Positions 1 to 9,806 are shown, numbered from the stretch's first letter. The stretch is 64,000 nucleotides of DNA from Alphaproteobacteria bacterium (GCA_965261975.1 CBDHEC010000043.1:1-64000); one strand, 5' to 3'. Numbers and translations: made by a program. Notes: generated by a model not told the origin, from the letters alone.

Positions 1-185
1 CAGAGCGCTCACGCGCTGGCGCTCGGCAAACAGGCGTTCTACCGACAGCTCGAGATGCCCATCACAGATGCCTATGCGTTTGCAGGCGACGAGATGGCGC
101 GCAACATGATGGATCGCGACGCCGCCGAAGGCATCGACGCCTTCATCGAGAAGCGCGATCCCCAATGGGACCAAGGTCCCCGTAA
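1..185 (+). CDS. Enoyl-CoA hydratase/isomerase family protein, C-terminal fragment (runs off window start; 3' end apparently frameshifted)
   Basis: Frame 1 reads ALALGKQAFYRQLEMPITDAYAFAGDEMARNMMDRDAAEGIDAFIEKRDPQW, a typical crotonase C-terminus. The nearest TAA (183-185) is out of frame. Confidence 0.75.
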   Translation, partial: ERSRAGARQTGVLPTARDAHHRCLCVCRRRDGAQHDGSRRRRRHRRLHREARSPMGPRSP

Positions 186-207
186 CGGGATGACCAGTGA
201 GGCCGCG

Positions 208-657
208 ATGGTGATGGATTCCAAAAAGCAGTTTGCCTATTTCCGACGCGGTGCTGCGCAAACTGTTCGACGAGGTGAAAGACGATCGGGCTGGTGGGTG
301 CGAGCCCGCGCGGCGAGACCCGGGCGAGCTGGCGCGTCATGCGCTACCCTGCAGAACGAAGGTTACAAGGTCTATCCGGTCAACCCGGACGCCCTGGGAC
401 AGGAGATCCATGGGGAGAAGGTCTATGGGTCACTCCTGGACCTGCCCGAGAAGGTCGACATGGTCGACATCTTCCGCCTGCCCTGGAAGGTCCCGCCCGT
501 GGTCGACGAGGCGATCGAAATGGGTGCGCCCTATATCTGGATGCAGCTGAAAGTGATCAACGAAGAGGCCGCGGCCAGGGCCGAGGCGGCCGGCGCGACC
601 GTGATCATGGACCGCTGCCCGGCCATCGAACTGCCCCGCCTGCAGGCGACGGCATAG
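208..657 (+). pseudogene. CoA-binding protein (YccU-like) with three apparent +1 frameshifts
   Basis: Removing one base from each of the runs TTT 240-242, AAA 278-280 and CCC 347-349 gives AYSDAVLRKLFDEVKTIGLVGASPRGETRASWRVMRYLQNEGYKVYPVNP...VDMVDIFR...WMQL...MDRCPAIE. GAGG lies upstream of ATG 208. Confidence 0.75.
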
Positions 658-667
658 GAACTTACAT

Positions 668-1156
668 ATGAGCGATTTGTACTACCCCGACTGGCAGATC
701 CGCCGCGTCCTGCGCGACACGGACGTGATCGCCATGGTCGGCGCCAGCACCAACTGGAACCGCCCCAGCTACTTCGCGATGAAGTATCTCCAGGAGAAGG
801 GCTACCGGGTGATCCCCGTGAACCCGCGCTCGGCAGGCGAGACGCTGCTCGGCGAGGAGGTCTATGCCAGCCTCAAGGACATCCCGGTGGATATCGACAT
901 GGTCGACATCTTCCAGCGTTCCGACCGGGTGCCGCCGGTGGTCGACGAGGCCATCGAGGTGGGCGCGAAGGTGATCTGGATGCAGCTCACGGTGCGACAC
1001 GACGAGGCCGCCAAAAAGGCCGAGGACGCGGGCATGACCGTGGTCATGGACCGCTGCCCGAAGATCGAGTTCGGCCGGCTCACCGGCGAGCTCGGCTGGA
1101 GCGGCATCAACACCAAGGTGATCACCTCGCGGCGTTCACGCCGGATCAGGGCCTAG
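668..1156 (+). CDS. CoA-binding protein (YccU-like)
   Basis: Motifs IAMVGAS, VIPVNP, DMVDIF, WMQL, MDRCPKIE. Confidence 0.93.
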   Translation: MSDLYYPDWQIRRVLRDTDVIAMVGASTNWNRPSYFAMKYLQEKGYRVIPVNPRSAGETLLGEEVYASLKDIPVDIDMVDIFQRSDRVPPVVDEAIEVGAKVIWMQLTVRHDEAAKKAEDAGMTVVMDRCPKIEFGRLTGELGWSGINTKVITSRRSRRIRA

Positions 1157-1159
1157 ACC

Positions 1160-2476
1160 ATGAGCGAAAACCGAAACGACCCACGCCCGCCGGGCTTCGA
1201 GACCCTGGCGATTCACGCCGGCGCATCGCCGGACGAGAAGACGGGCGCGCGCAACGTGCCGATCTACCAGACGACGGCCTACGTGTTCGACGACGCGGAC
1301 CACGCGGCCTCGCTCTTCAACCTGCAGACCTTTGGCTACATCTACTCGCGCCTGACCAACCCGACGGTGTCCGCGCTGGAGGAAAAGGTCGCAGCCCTGG
1401 AGGACGGCCGCGGCGCGGTCGCCTGTTCCAGCGGCCATGCGGCCCAGATGCTGGCGATGTTCGTGCTGATGAACCCGGGCGACAACTTCGTCGCCTCGCG
1501 CAACCTCTACGGCGGCTCGGTCACCCAGTTCTCCCACACCTTCAAGAAGTTCGACTGGCATGTGAACTTCGTCGATCCGGCCGACCCGGAGAATTTCCGG
1601 GGCGCCATCGACGACAAGACCAAGGCGATCTTCCTCGAGGTCCTGGCCAATCCCGGCGGCATCATCGTCGACCTGGAGCCCATCGCCGAGATCGCCAAGG
1701 AAGCCGGCATCCCGCTGATCGTCGACAACACCATGGCCACACCCTATCTGTGCCGGCCCTTCGAGTGGGGCGCGGACATCTCGATCCACTCGATGACGAA
1801 GTTCCTCGGCGGCCACGGCACCTCCATGGGCGGCATCGTCGTCGAGAGCGGGCATTTCGACTGGGCCCAGAATGACAAGTTCCCGTCGATGACCGAGCCC
1901 GACCCGGCCTATCACGGCCTCACCTTCTACGAGACGTTCGGCGACTTCGGCTTCTCGACCAAGGCCAAGGCGGTGGCGCTCCGCGATCTCGGGCCGACAT
2001 TGGCCCCCCAGAACGCGTTCAACATCCTGACCGGCATCGAGAGCCTGCCGGTGCGCATGGACCGGCACCTGCAGAACGCCCAGGCGGTCGCGGAGTTCCT
2101 CGAGGGCCATCCGGCTGTGGCCTGGGTCTCCTACGCCGGGCTCAAGTCGAGCCCGTATCAAGACCTGGCCAAGAAATACCTGCCCAAGGGCCCGGGATCG
2201 GTCTTCACGTTCGGGCTCAAGGGCGGCTACGAGGCGGGGGTGCGCGCCGTGGAAAGCGTGGAGCTGCTGTCACACCTCGCCAACCTGGGCGACACGCGCT
2301 CGCTCATCATCCACCCGGCCTCGACGACCCACCGCCAGCTCACCGAAGAGCAGCAGATCGCGTCGGGCGCGGGCCCGGACGTGGTGCGGCTCTCGATCGG
2401 CCTCGAGACGGTGGACGACATCATCGCCGACCTCGACCAGGCGCTCTCCTACGCCCAGGCGAAGGCGGCGGAGTAA
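1160..2476 (+). CDS. metY: O-acetylhomoserine aminocarboxypropyltransferase (sulfhydrylase)
   Basis: FETLAIHAG, PIYQTT, YSRLTNPT, PLP lysine in HSMTKFLGGHG, HLANLGD, HPASTTH. Confidence 0.95.
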   Translation: MSENRNDPRPPGFETLAIHAGASPDEKTGARNVPIYQTTAYVFDDADHAASLFNLQTFGYIYSRLTNPTVSALEEKVAALEDGRGAVACSSGHAAQMLAMFVLMNPGDNFVASRNLYGGSVTQFSHTFKKFDWHVNFVDPADPENFRGAIDDKTKAIFLEVLANPGGIIVDLEPIAEIAKEAGIPLIVDNTMATPYLCRPFEWGADISIHSMTKFLGGHGTSMGGIVVESGHFDWAQNDKFPSMTEPDPAYHGLTFYETFGDFGFSTKAKAVALRDLGPTLAPQNAFNILTGIESLPVRMDRHLQNAQAVAEFLEGHPAVAWVSYAGLKSSPYQDLAKKYLPKGPGSVFTFGLKGGYEAGVRAVESVELLSHLANLGDTRSLIIHPASTTHRQLTEEQQIASGAGPDVVRLSIGLETVDDIIADLDQALSYAQAKAAE

Positions 2477-2493
2477 GCCTCTTCCTGAAACGA

Positions 2494-2517
2494 AAACAGC
2501 CCCGCAAGGGGCTGTTT
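2494..2517. terminator. Rho-independent terminator between convergent genes
   Basis: AAACAGCCCC-GCAA-GGGGCTGTTT, a perfect stem with a GNRA loop. Confidence 0.8.
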
Positions 2518-2539
2518 CCAAAACATTATATGGTGCGCC

Positions 2540-3031
2540 CTACTCGGCCGCTTCCTTCTGGTACCACTGGCCGGGCATGCCGCCGTTGATGGCATAGGCC
2601 AGCGCCTGGACCACCTGGAACGGCTCGCGGGCGACGCCCTTGGCGGCCGCGTCCACTTCCTTCAGCGCATGGTCATGCTCGGGCGGATGCAGCGTGATGA
2701 TCGGCTTGCCGAGAGCTGCGGCATAACCCGCATCGAAGGCCGCGTTCCACTGCTTGTACTTCTCGCCGAAGCGCACGACGACCACGTCGGCGTCCTCGAT
2801 CAGCGTGCCGGTGCGCACCGAGTTGAGCAGCGCGCCCTTGTGGTCGTGCCAGAACTTGTCGGGCTCGGAACCGAAGACCGCGACACCGCAATCGTCGGAA
2901 TCGTCATGCTCGGTGATCGGCGCCGCGAACGCGACCGGCAGGCCCGCCTCGGCGCAGCCATTCTCGATCTGCTCGCGCCAGTCGGAGTGAATCTCGCCCG
3001 ACAGATAAATCTTCCAGACCTTGTCGTTCAT
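2540..3031 (-). CDS. YtoQ family protein (nucleoside 2-deoxyribosyltransferase-like fold)
   Basis: IYLSGEIHSDWRE and VVVRFGEKYKQWNAAFDAGYAAALGKP. Start moved to ATG 3031. Confidence 0.88.
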   Translation of the reverse strand: MNDKVWKIYLSGEIHSDWREQIENGCAEAGLPVAFAAPITEHDDSDDCGVAVFGSEPDKFWHDHKGALLNSVRTGTLIEDADVVVVRFGEKYKQWNAAFDAGYAAALGKPIITLHPPEHDHALKEVDAAAKGVAREPFQVVQALAYAINGGMPGQWYQKEAAE

Positions 3032-3123
3032 GGGTCTTTCCCCGCAGTTCCATTGAATCTCGTTGGTTGGGCCGATTATAGCAAACGGGCGCGGGTCCGG
3101 CGAATCCCGGATGAACCGAGACA

Positions 3124-3190
3124 AGATGGCCGGATCAAGTCCGGCCATGACGCCAATATTACGTCATGCGCGGACTTGATCCGCGCATCT
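3124..3190. repeat. Inverted doublet of CGTC-tagged REP-like palindromes
   Basis: Minus-strand copy 3124-3152 is CGTCATGGCCGGACTTGATCCGGCCATCT. Plus-strand copy 3162-3190 is CGTCATGCGCGGACTTGATCCGCGCATCT. Confidence 0.85.
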
Positions 3191-3534
3191 TATGAACCCG
3201 GTGACTCCGCGAGAATCCAGTCGAAATAGTCCGCGTTGCCGCGGCCGAGCGGGATCTCGGCGACACATGGCACATCGTAGCTGTGCAGCGTCTTCACGCG
3301 GTCGCTCAGCGCCGGCACATTCGCCGCCGCGGTCTTGAGGATCAGGATTGCCTCCGCTCCCTCCTCGACCGCGCCCTGCCACCAGTAGATCGAACGCATA
3401 CCCTCGATGATGTTGGCACAGGCCGCGAGCCGCTCGCGCACCACCGTGTCGCCGATCTCGCGCGCCTCGTTAACCGAACCGCAAGTGACGTAGATCATGC
3501 TGACAGCGTGGTCGGGCGTGGTTTTGTCCGACAT
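3190..3534 (-). CDS. cutA: Divalent-cation tolerance protein CutA
   Basis: IYVTCGS, LAACANII, SIYWWQG, HSYDVPC, YFDWI. Confidence 0.93.
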   Translation of the reverse strand: MSDKTTPDHAVSMIYVTCGSVNEAREIGDTVVRERLAACANIIEGMRSIYWWQGAVEEGAEAILILKTAAANVPALSDRVKTLHSYDVPCVAEIPLGRGNADYFDWILAESPGS

Positions 3535-3634
3535 TTCAGGCCCTTATGGCGAGACTCTTGGCGTGGGCGACATTGTACACTACGATCCGGCGCTTCGGCA
3601 GTCGCGGCAAGCGGCTGCATCGTTGGGGGAAGCC

Positions 3635-3946
3635 ATGACGGCCCGCGGGAAATTCACGCACGAGAGCAACGTGGTGGCGCTGCAACCGCACCGCCCGCGC
3701 GGCGACCGGAAACCCGAGAAGCGCGGCCTCCTCTCTGGCGCCCAGCGCGCTTGGCTCGCACGCGGGCTGGAACAGCCGGGCGGCAAGCTTCCCCTCTTCG
3801 ACCGGGACGGCCAGAAGATCAGCGAGCGCACGGTCAAGAGCTGCATCCGGCACGGTTTCGCCGAGCCCTGGTTCGACAACCCCATCAAGCCGGACTGGCT
3901 GGTCTGCCGCCTGACGGACAAGGGCCGGAACGCCCTCGCCGCCTGA
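3635..3946 (+). CDS. Hypothetical protein (small, possibly winged-helix-like)
   Basis: Coding-like codon bias, GGGGGA upstream of ATG 3635, sequence GLEQPGGKLPLFD...AEPWFDNPIKPDWLVCRLTDKG. Confidence 0.7.
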   Translation: MTARGKFTHESNVVALQPHRPRGDRKPEKRGLLSGAQRAWLARGLEQPGGKLPLFDRDGQKISERTVKSCIRHGFAEPWFDNPIKPDWLVCRLTDKGRNALAA

Positions 3947-4167
3947 TCCGCCTGCGCACATACCGCGCCTGCTAACCATTCCGAAACCGCGCCAAGCGTG
4001 ACGACGTCGTGGTGCTGGTGCGCAAGCGCTTGTTCGAACGCGGTGCGTATCTCGAGCGGCTGCGCCGTGTGGAGCCAGTCTTCCGGCAGCTCATCAAGGG
4101 CGAGATGAACCGCACCGTCACACGGCCCGCAAAGATCAAGAAGCGATCCGCCGGGACCTGATCCCGG

Positions 4168-5166
4168 CTACCAGGTCATCACACCACCATACTTGAGCTC
4201 GGCCCCGTCATCGTCCTCGGCGAAGATCAACACCCACTCGTCGATCGGCATATAGCGCGGCGCAAGGAAGCGGTAGAGCTCACGCGCGCGCTCGACCAGG
4301 TTGAACATGTCGGGCTGCCGCGGATCGATCCCGCCCCAATATTCGATGATGTCATCCCAGGCCGACATGCGCCGGTACAGATCGTTGCGCGCGTCCCGGA
4401 TGCGGGTCTCGGCATCCTCGAAATCGCTGAACAGCGCCTCGATATCGATCAGTTGTGCGTCCACGGCCTGCAGCAACTCATGGAAGTCCTTCACTGGGAT
4501 CCCGATCAGGCGCAGCACGGGCTCCAGCTCGCCGACGACGCTCGTCTCCTTGGCGTGAAACTTGTGAATGCCGTTGAGCACCGCCTTGACCCGCGCGATC
4601 GAGGTGTGCCGGTCGCGCATGGCTTCGATGAAGGCATATTCCTCGATCAGCCGCGCCACCCGCGCTCCAGCGTCCGCTTCGCCGTCGCTCGTTTCCGACA
4701 GCGCAGCGATCGCGGCGTCACACTTCGACCCGACCTCGGCGGTGTCATAGGCCGCGTCGATCTCCTTCGCACCGTAAACCCGGGGCGTGTCGCCGGCGTG
4801 CCACGCGACGAGCGCAAGCTCCACCTGCTTTCTCGCGCGTTCCGCATGGTCGGGGCCCGGGTCCCAGGAGGCGTCACCGGTCAGCACCTCGACCGGGACC
4901 GGATCGCCCGGCCGCAACGCCGAGACGAAGTCGAGGCTGCGCGCCACCACGTCGAGCATGATGCCGTCGGCACTGTTGCGGTCTATATGGAATTCACGAG
5001 CCACGCCCGTGAGCGGCAGGGTCACATCCTGCTCGCCGAGATCGCCGACGAGAACCGGCCGGTTCTACGGCGGCTCGGACAGGCGAAAATGCGTGTTCGC
5101 GAACGTCCCGAAGAAGGGGTGCTCGAACGACACGGTTTCGGGAAGCGGGGTCGCCTCCTCGCTCAT
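4168..5166 (-). pseudogene. Hypothetical protein interrupted by an in-frame TAG at codon 34 (5065-5067)
   Basis: ATG 5166 reads MSEEATPLPETVSFEHPFFGTFANTHFRLSEPP*NRPVLVGDLGEQDV and continues in frame into the 285-aa ORF 4168..5025. Confidence 0.7.
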
Positions 5167-5266
5167 CGCACGGATGTCCGGTTATCGCACATGGCGGTAA
5201 CGTCGCACGCAAGTGTTAACAAACTGTCGCGGCGCGAATTCAGGTTTTCGGATTGTCTTGAAAAGT

Positions 5267-5343
5267 TGGTCGGGACGGCAGGATTCGAACCTGCGACCCC
5301 CACACCCCCAGTGTGATGCGCTACCAGACTGCGCTACGTCCCG
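5267..5343 (-). tRNA. tRNA-Pro (GGG)
   Basis: 77-nt cloverleaf CGGGACGTAGCGCAGTCTGGTAGCGCA...CT-GGG-GG...GGTTCGAATCC...CCCGACCA with encoded CCA. Confidence 0.97.
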
Positions 5344-5356
5344 ACCGAACGGCGGG

Positions 5357-5385
5357 ACTATAGAGACTTACGTTTCGGGATTGAA
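5357..5385 (-). promoter_or_regulatory. Sigma70-type promoter of tRNA-Pro
   Basis: TTCAAT-N17-TATAGT followed by a GC-rich discriminator (CCCGCC). Confidence 0.6.
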
Positions 5386-5410
5386 GCCCGCCGATGCACC
5401 GCGGGCGCGG

Positions 5411-5845
5411 TCAGGAACCAAGCAGTTTCCGCAGCGCTTCCAGCTCGCCCAGGATCGCCTGGAGTTCCTTGCGTTGATCAGCCGGAATGCCGGCCCCATC
5501 GCTTGCGGCTGGTGCGGCCGGAGCAGGTGCCGGTTCGTGCGCGGGGGCCGGCGCGGTCTCCGCGTCCTTCAGGCCGCCTTCGCGCAGCAGTTTCTGAACA
5601 CCCTTGATCGTGTAACCGTCGTCGTACAGCAATCCGCGGATCGAGCGCAGCAGATCGACATCCTCGGGGCGGTAGTAACGTCGGCCGCCGCCACGTTTCA
5701 TGGGACGGACCTGCGAGAACTTGGTCTCCCAGAACCGCAGGACATGCTGCGGCACCTCGAGATCGTTCGCGACTTCGCTAATGGTACGAAACGCCGCGGC
5801 GGACTTGCCGCCGCGGCGCACTGACAGATTTCCGGTGTCGGTCAT
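5411..5845 (-). CDS. MerR family transcriptional regulator (ihfA-linked)
   Basis: [13 protein letters not shown]...VLRFWETKF...[11 protein letters not shown]. Typical position downstream of ihfA. Confidence 0.92.
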   Translation of the reverse strand: MTDTGNLSVRRGGKSAAAFRTISEVANDLEVPQHVLRFWETKFSQVRPMKRGGGRRYYRPEDVDLLRSIRGLLYDDGYTIKGVQKLLREGGLKDAETAPAPAHEPAPAPAAPAASDGAGIPADQRKELQAILGELEALRKLLGS

Positions 5846-5854
5846 CCGTCCGGC

Positions 5855-6223
5855 TTAGTAGGAGGTGTCGGTTTCCGGAATCGCGCCATCTGACGCGAAG
5901 CTCGGGGCGGACATCGGTTCCGAGGTTGCCCCAGGATCATCGTTAATCCGCTTCTTCAGAACATGGCTGGGACGGAAAACCAGCACCCGGCGCGGCAGGA
6001 TCGGCACTTCCTCGCCCGTCTTCGGGTTACGGCCCATTCGCTGGCCTTTCTGGCGAACCTGGAAGCTGCCGAATGACGAGAGTTTGACCATCTCACCCCG
6101 GATCAGCGCGTCAGACATTTCGGCCAGCACCGACTCCACCAAGTCCGCGGATTCGTTCCGCGACAGCCCCACTTCCTGGTAGACGGCTTCCGTCAATTGC
6201 GCGCGTGTAATCGTGTCGTTCAC
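5855..6223 (-). CDS. ihfA: Integration host factor subunit alpha
   Basis: [42 protein letters not shown] start with GGAG upstream. Confidence 0.95.
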   Translation of the reverse strand: MNDTITRAQLTEAVYQEVGLSRNESADLVESVLAEMSDALIRGEMVKLSSFGSFQVRQKGQRMGRNPKTGEEVPILPRRVLVFRPSHVLKKRINDDPGATSEPMSAPSFASDGAIPETDTSY

Positions 6224-6256
6224 CGCCTGCACTCCCACCCATTTTTAGTTTGCACG

Positions 6257-6298
6257 ACGGTACCGCGACAGCAGAAATGCGTCAATATCAAAGGATTG
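6257..6298 (-). promoter_or_regulatory. ihfA sigma70 promoter with adjacent IHF consensus site
   Basis: Minus strand TTGACG-N17-TACCGT (6285-6257). Plus strand TATCAA-AGGA-TTG (6286-6298) matches WATCAA-N4-TTR. Confidence 0.65.
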
Positions 6299-6345
6299 TT
6301 CTGATTGGTTAATCTAAAAAATTGATTCTCGGACCGCCGATGGCG

Positions 6346-7326
6346 CTACCAGCGAACGATTCCCGAACCCCATGTCAGGCCGCCGCCCATCGCCTCCAGG
6401 AGAACCAGGTTGCCTTCCTGAATGCGGTTGTCCTCAACCGCGACTGACAGCGCCAGCGGGATCGACGCCGCCGAGGTGTTGGCGTGCTGATCGATCGTCA
6501 CCACCACACGCTCGCCGGTAATGCCCAGTTTACGCGCCGTGCCGTCGATGATCCGTCGATTGGCCTGATGGGGCACGAACCAGTCGATCTCGTCGGCACC
6601 GAGCCCTGTGGCCTCGAGGGCCTCGACCATGGCCGCGGACATCTTGGTCACGGCGTGCTTGAAGACCTCACGGCCCTCCATGCGCAGATGCCCGACCTGG
6701 CCCGTCGACGACGGCCCGCCGTCGACATAGAGCAGATCATGCAGGCGGCCGTCGGAATGCAGATGGGTCGACAGGACCCCGCGATCGTCGCTGGAACCCT
6801 CACCCTCGCCCGCCTTCAGAACCACCGCACCCGCGCCATCGCCGAACAGTACGCATGTCGAGCGGTCTTCCCAGTCGAGAATCTTCGAAAAGGTCTCCGC
6901 GCCAATGACCAGGGCGGTATCGGCCTGGCCGGCCTTGATGAAATTGTCGGCGGTGGCGAGCGCGAACACGAAACCTGAACACACGGCCTGCACGTCGAAG
7001 CCCATGCCGCCGTTGGCGCAGCCAAGCTTCGACTGAACCACCGTGGCGGTCGCCGGAAACGTCTCGTCCGGTGTCGAGGTCGCGACGACGATGATGCCGA
7101 TGTCATCGGGCTTCATGCCGGCTGCGGTGAGTGCGCGCTGGGCTGCCGCGGTTGCAAGGTCCGAGGTCATCTGGCCGTCGGCGACGATGTGACGCTGGCG
7201 AATGCCGCTGCGTTCCTGAATCCACTCATCAGACGTGTCGATACGTTTGGCGAGTTCCGCATTCGTCACCACCCGGTCCGGCAAATAACTGCCGATACCG
7301 GCGACGATCGATCGACGCACCATCAC
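6346..7326 (-). CDS. fabH: Beta-ketoacyl-ACP synthase III
   Basis: AVCSGF, PHQAN and NTSAAS catalytic motifs, plus LFGDGAGA. Confidence 0.97.
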   Translation of the reverse strand: MMVRRSIVAGIGSYLPDRVVTNAELAKRIDTSDEWIQERSGIRQRHIVADGQMTSDLATAAAQRALTAAGMKPDDIGIIVVATSTPDETFPATATVVQSKLGCANGGMGFDVQAVCSGFVFALATADNFIKAGQADTALVIGAETFSKILDWEDRSTCVLFGDGAGAVVLKAGEGEGSSDDRGVLSTHLHSDGRLHDLLYVDGGPSSTGQVGHLRMEGREVFKHAVTKMSAAMVEALEATGLGADEIDWFVPHQANRRIIDGTARKLGITGERVVVTIDQHANTSAASIPLALSVAVEDNRIQEGNLVLLEAMGGGLTWGSGIVRW

Positions 7327-8372
7327 GACGCCGCCGCGGCCTGCGGGCGCATGGAGTCCAGCTCCAGGCGTTCCACCGTCGTTTTCAAAGAGGCGTTACC
7401 GCCATACTTCACCATATCGATCGCTACTCCGATGGCGGTTGCAAAACCAACGGCATCCGTGCCGCCATGACTTTTGACACAGACTCCGTCGAGACCCACG
7501 AACATGGCCCCATTATAACGGCGGGGGTCGCTGCGGTGACGCAGCTTGTCGAATGAACGCTTGGCAAAAATATAACCGATCTTCGCCCAGAACGAATTAC
7601 GAAAGGTTTCGCGTACGAAGGCATTGATGAGCTTGGCCGTGCCCTCGGCGGTCTTAAGCGCGACATTGCCGGTGAAACCATCCGTGACCACAACATCAAC
7701 GGCACCGGCCGGAATATCGTCACCTTCTACGAAACCGACAAATTCACCGGGCAGATCCAGCTCCCGCAGCATTTCCGCAGCAATCTTGAGGGCCTCGTTG
7801 CCCTTGGTTTCCTCTTCGCCGACATTCAGCAAACCGACCGTCGGGTTCTGGATCCCGAGAATGGTGCGCGCAAAGACTTCGCCCATGATCGCGAATTCAA
7901 CGAGATTGCGTTCGTTGCAGCGAATGTTCGCCCCCAGATCCAGCATCACCGTCTCGCCCCTCAGGGTCGGAAAGAAGGATGCGATAGCCGGTCGGTCGAT
8001 CCCCTCGAGACGCTTCAGCACGAACATCGCCATGGCCAGGAGCGCACCGGTGTTGCCCGCCGACACGACACCCGCAGCGTCACCCTGTTTGACGGCATCT
8101 ATCGCGCGCCACATCGAGGTCTCGCGACCGCTGCGCACCACCTGGGAAGGCTTGGCATCCGCCGCGACGCCTTCGGGGGCGTGGCGTATTTCAACGAAAT
8201 CCTTGAGGCCGCGCTGTTTCGCCACCCGTGCAGCGAGATCCTTCTCATCGCCGAACAGCACAAAACGCGCGTCGGGATGGCGGCGCCTGGCAATGTTGGC
8301 GCCCGCAACGACGATGTGCGGCGCGTCGTCGCCGCCCATGGCGTCCAGGGCGATGGTGATCTGATCGCTCAA
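7323..8372 (-). CDS. plsX: Phosphate acyltransferase PlsX
   Basis: [32 protein letters not shown]. Confidence 0.97.
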   Translation of the reverse strand: MSDQITIALDAMGGDDAPHIVVAGANIARRRHPDARFVLFGDEKDLAARVAKQRGLKDFVEIRHAPEGVAADAKPSQVVRSGRETSMWRAIDAVKQGDAAGVVSAGNTGALLAMAMFVLKRLEGIDRPAIASFFPTLRGETVMLDLGANIRCNERNLVEFAIMGEVFARTILGIQNPTVGLLNVGEEETKGNEALKIAAEMLRELDLPGEFVGFVEGDDIPAGAVDVVVTDGFTGNVALKTAEGTAKLINAFVRETFRNSFWAKIGYIFAKRSFDKLRHRSDPRRYNGAMFVGLDGVCVKSHGGTDAVGFATAIGVAIDMVKYGGNASLKTTVERLELDSMRPQAAAAS

Positions 8373-8414
8373 CGGGTCCGCTCTCCAGCCGGACGCGGAG
8401 TCCGGGCTTGGCCT

Positions 8415-8600
8415 CTAGATCTTCTCCTTGACCTCGATGACCTGGCGGCCCTTGTAGTAGCCGGTCTTCATGTCGACATGATGGGGGCGATGGAACTCAC
8501 CCGTCGTCTCATCTTCAACGTAGGCCTGCTGCTTCAACGAGTCGTGCGCGCGGCGCATGTTCCGTCGGGATTTCGATACTTTCTTCTTGGGTACAGCCAT
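8415..8600 (-). CDS. rpmF: 50S ribosomal protein L32 (Cys-free form)
   Basis: [19 protein letters not shown]...HRPHHVD...GYYKGRQV. Confidence 0.97.
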   Translation of the reverse strand: MAVPKKKVSKSRRNMRRAHDSLKQQAYVEDETTGEFHRPHHVDMKTGYYKGRQVIEVKEKI

Positions 8601-8727
8601 CTGATTCCCTTTCGCGGGAAGTATAAATTATCTGAGCATGCCGGGAGGCGGCTGCTAATTATCCAAAAATGCACCGCTGGGCAAGCGAATCGCAAGTTTT
8701 CTGACGGAAAACATTGATGAATACGAG

Positions 8728-9243
8728 TTATTTTTCGTCATCGTCACGCAATGCGGCCAGCACGGCAAAGGGTCCGGTCGGTTTTCCGGCCTCGTCATCG
8801 ACCTCTTCAAACTCTGCGCCCGGCGCACGCGGATAGGGGTCCAGCGCGAGGGACAGGTTCTGGACGATCACGTCGCCGACCTCGATCGCGTCTTCCACAA
8901 TGGGCTCCACAGGGTCCTCGTCATCCCCCTCATCCTCCTCCGCACGGGCGGAAAACCGCTGATAAATCGGTGCATCGATATGTTGTGCCACCGGCTCCAG
9001 CGTGACGACACACGCCTGAACAATGTCTGCGTCGATCCGCCCGACCAAGTTCACATCACCCGTGAGATCGCGAAACAGTTCCAGGTCTATCGTCATGTTT
9101 TCGATCGACAGGATGTCGAGACGCTTGGCAATCGCGACGCATTCGACCTTGTCCACGTGGATTTTTTCCGCCTGGCGTTCGGCGGGTGACAATTCCGCGA
9201 TTGAGAGGCATCTCAATAGTTCCGGGTTGGCGGTTTCGTTCAT
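8728..9243 (-). CDS. YceD/DUF177 family protein
   Basis: QACVVTLEP, LALDPYPRAPG, PFAVLAAL. Upstream of rpmF, ATGA overlap with the previous gene. Confidence 0.9.
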   Translation of the reverse strand: MNETANPELLRCLSIAELSPAERQAEKIHVDKVECVAIAKRLDILSIENMTIDLELFRDLTGDVNLVGRIDADIVQACVVTLEPVAQHIDAPIYQRFSARAEEDEGDDEDPVEPIVEDAIEVGDVIVQNLSLALDPYPRAPGAEFEEVDDEAGKPTGPFAVLAALRDDDEK

Positions 9244-9806
9244 GCGGCACCTTCCCGGCCTGCAGCGCCGGCGACTGTTTCCGGATCGGGAAACACCGCT
9301 CGCGCCTCCCACAATGCTTCAGGCGCACAAGCATCGACCGCGTCTCGCGCGCCGCGCACATACGCGATCATCGCCGCAACTTCGTCATCCGAGGGGTCTG
9401 TGCTGGCATAAAGGTTGCGGCGCAGGGCGGCGGCCATCTCTGCATCACCGGCCTCAAGCCCGCGCTCGTAGGCCGAGATCCGTCCGTGCAAGTTCCGCGC
9501 GAGTTTCTTCATCCGTTTGCTGATCCCCATATCGCCAAGCCCCACCTCGCGCAACGCGACGTCGAAATCATCGAATATCTGATCATGCAGCGTTTGCGCG
9601 ACGCGCGGCCCCTGTCCGCCGGCTCGCTTCAAGCGCCGCAGCAGAATGTAGGCGTGCAGACAAACCATCTCATAGCGGCCCAGCATGGTGTCGGGAACAC
9701 CGAAAGTCGCATAGAAATGCGGACGGCGCGCCTGGTCGATCACGACTTCAAGCAGCCGCGCAGCCAATTCCCGTCGCTGTTTGCGTTCTCGAATCCAGTT
9801 CATCAT
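9240..9806 (-). CDS. Ubiquinol-cytochrome c chaperone (Cbp3-like)
   Basis: QARRPHFY...GVPDT..GRYEM...LREVGLGDMGISKRMKKL. Divergent from bamE. Confidence 0.9.
   Translation of the reverse strand: MMNWIRERKQRRELAARLLEVVIDQARRPHFYATFGVPDTMLGRYEMVCLHAYILLRRLKRAGGQGPRVAQTLHDQIFDDFDVALREVGLGDMGISKRMKKLARNLHGRISAYERGLEAGDAEMAAALRRNLYASTDPSDDEVAAMIAYVRGARDAVDACAPEALWEARAVFPDPETVAGAAGREGAA

Noticed and set aside
55-657. Hydratase/CoA-binding fusion protein (200-aa ORF)
   Set aside because: Explained by compensating frameshifts. The middle of the ORF is out-of-frame sequence.
5065-5067. Pyrrolysine or amber reassignment
   Set aside because: TAG ends many normal genes here (for example hppA, fabH, motA, dctM), and no pyl genes are in the window.
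3190-5343. Genomic island integrated at tRNA-Pro
   Set aside because: No integrase, no duplicated tRNA 3' end seen, and no obvious composition shift.
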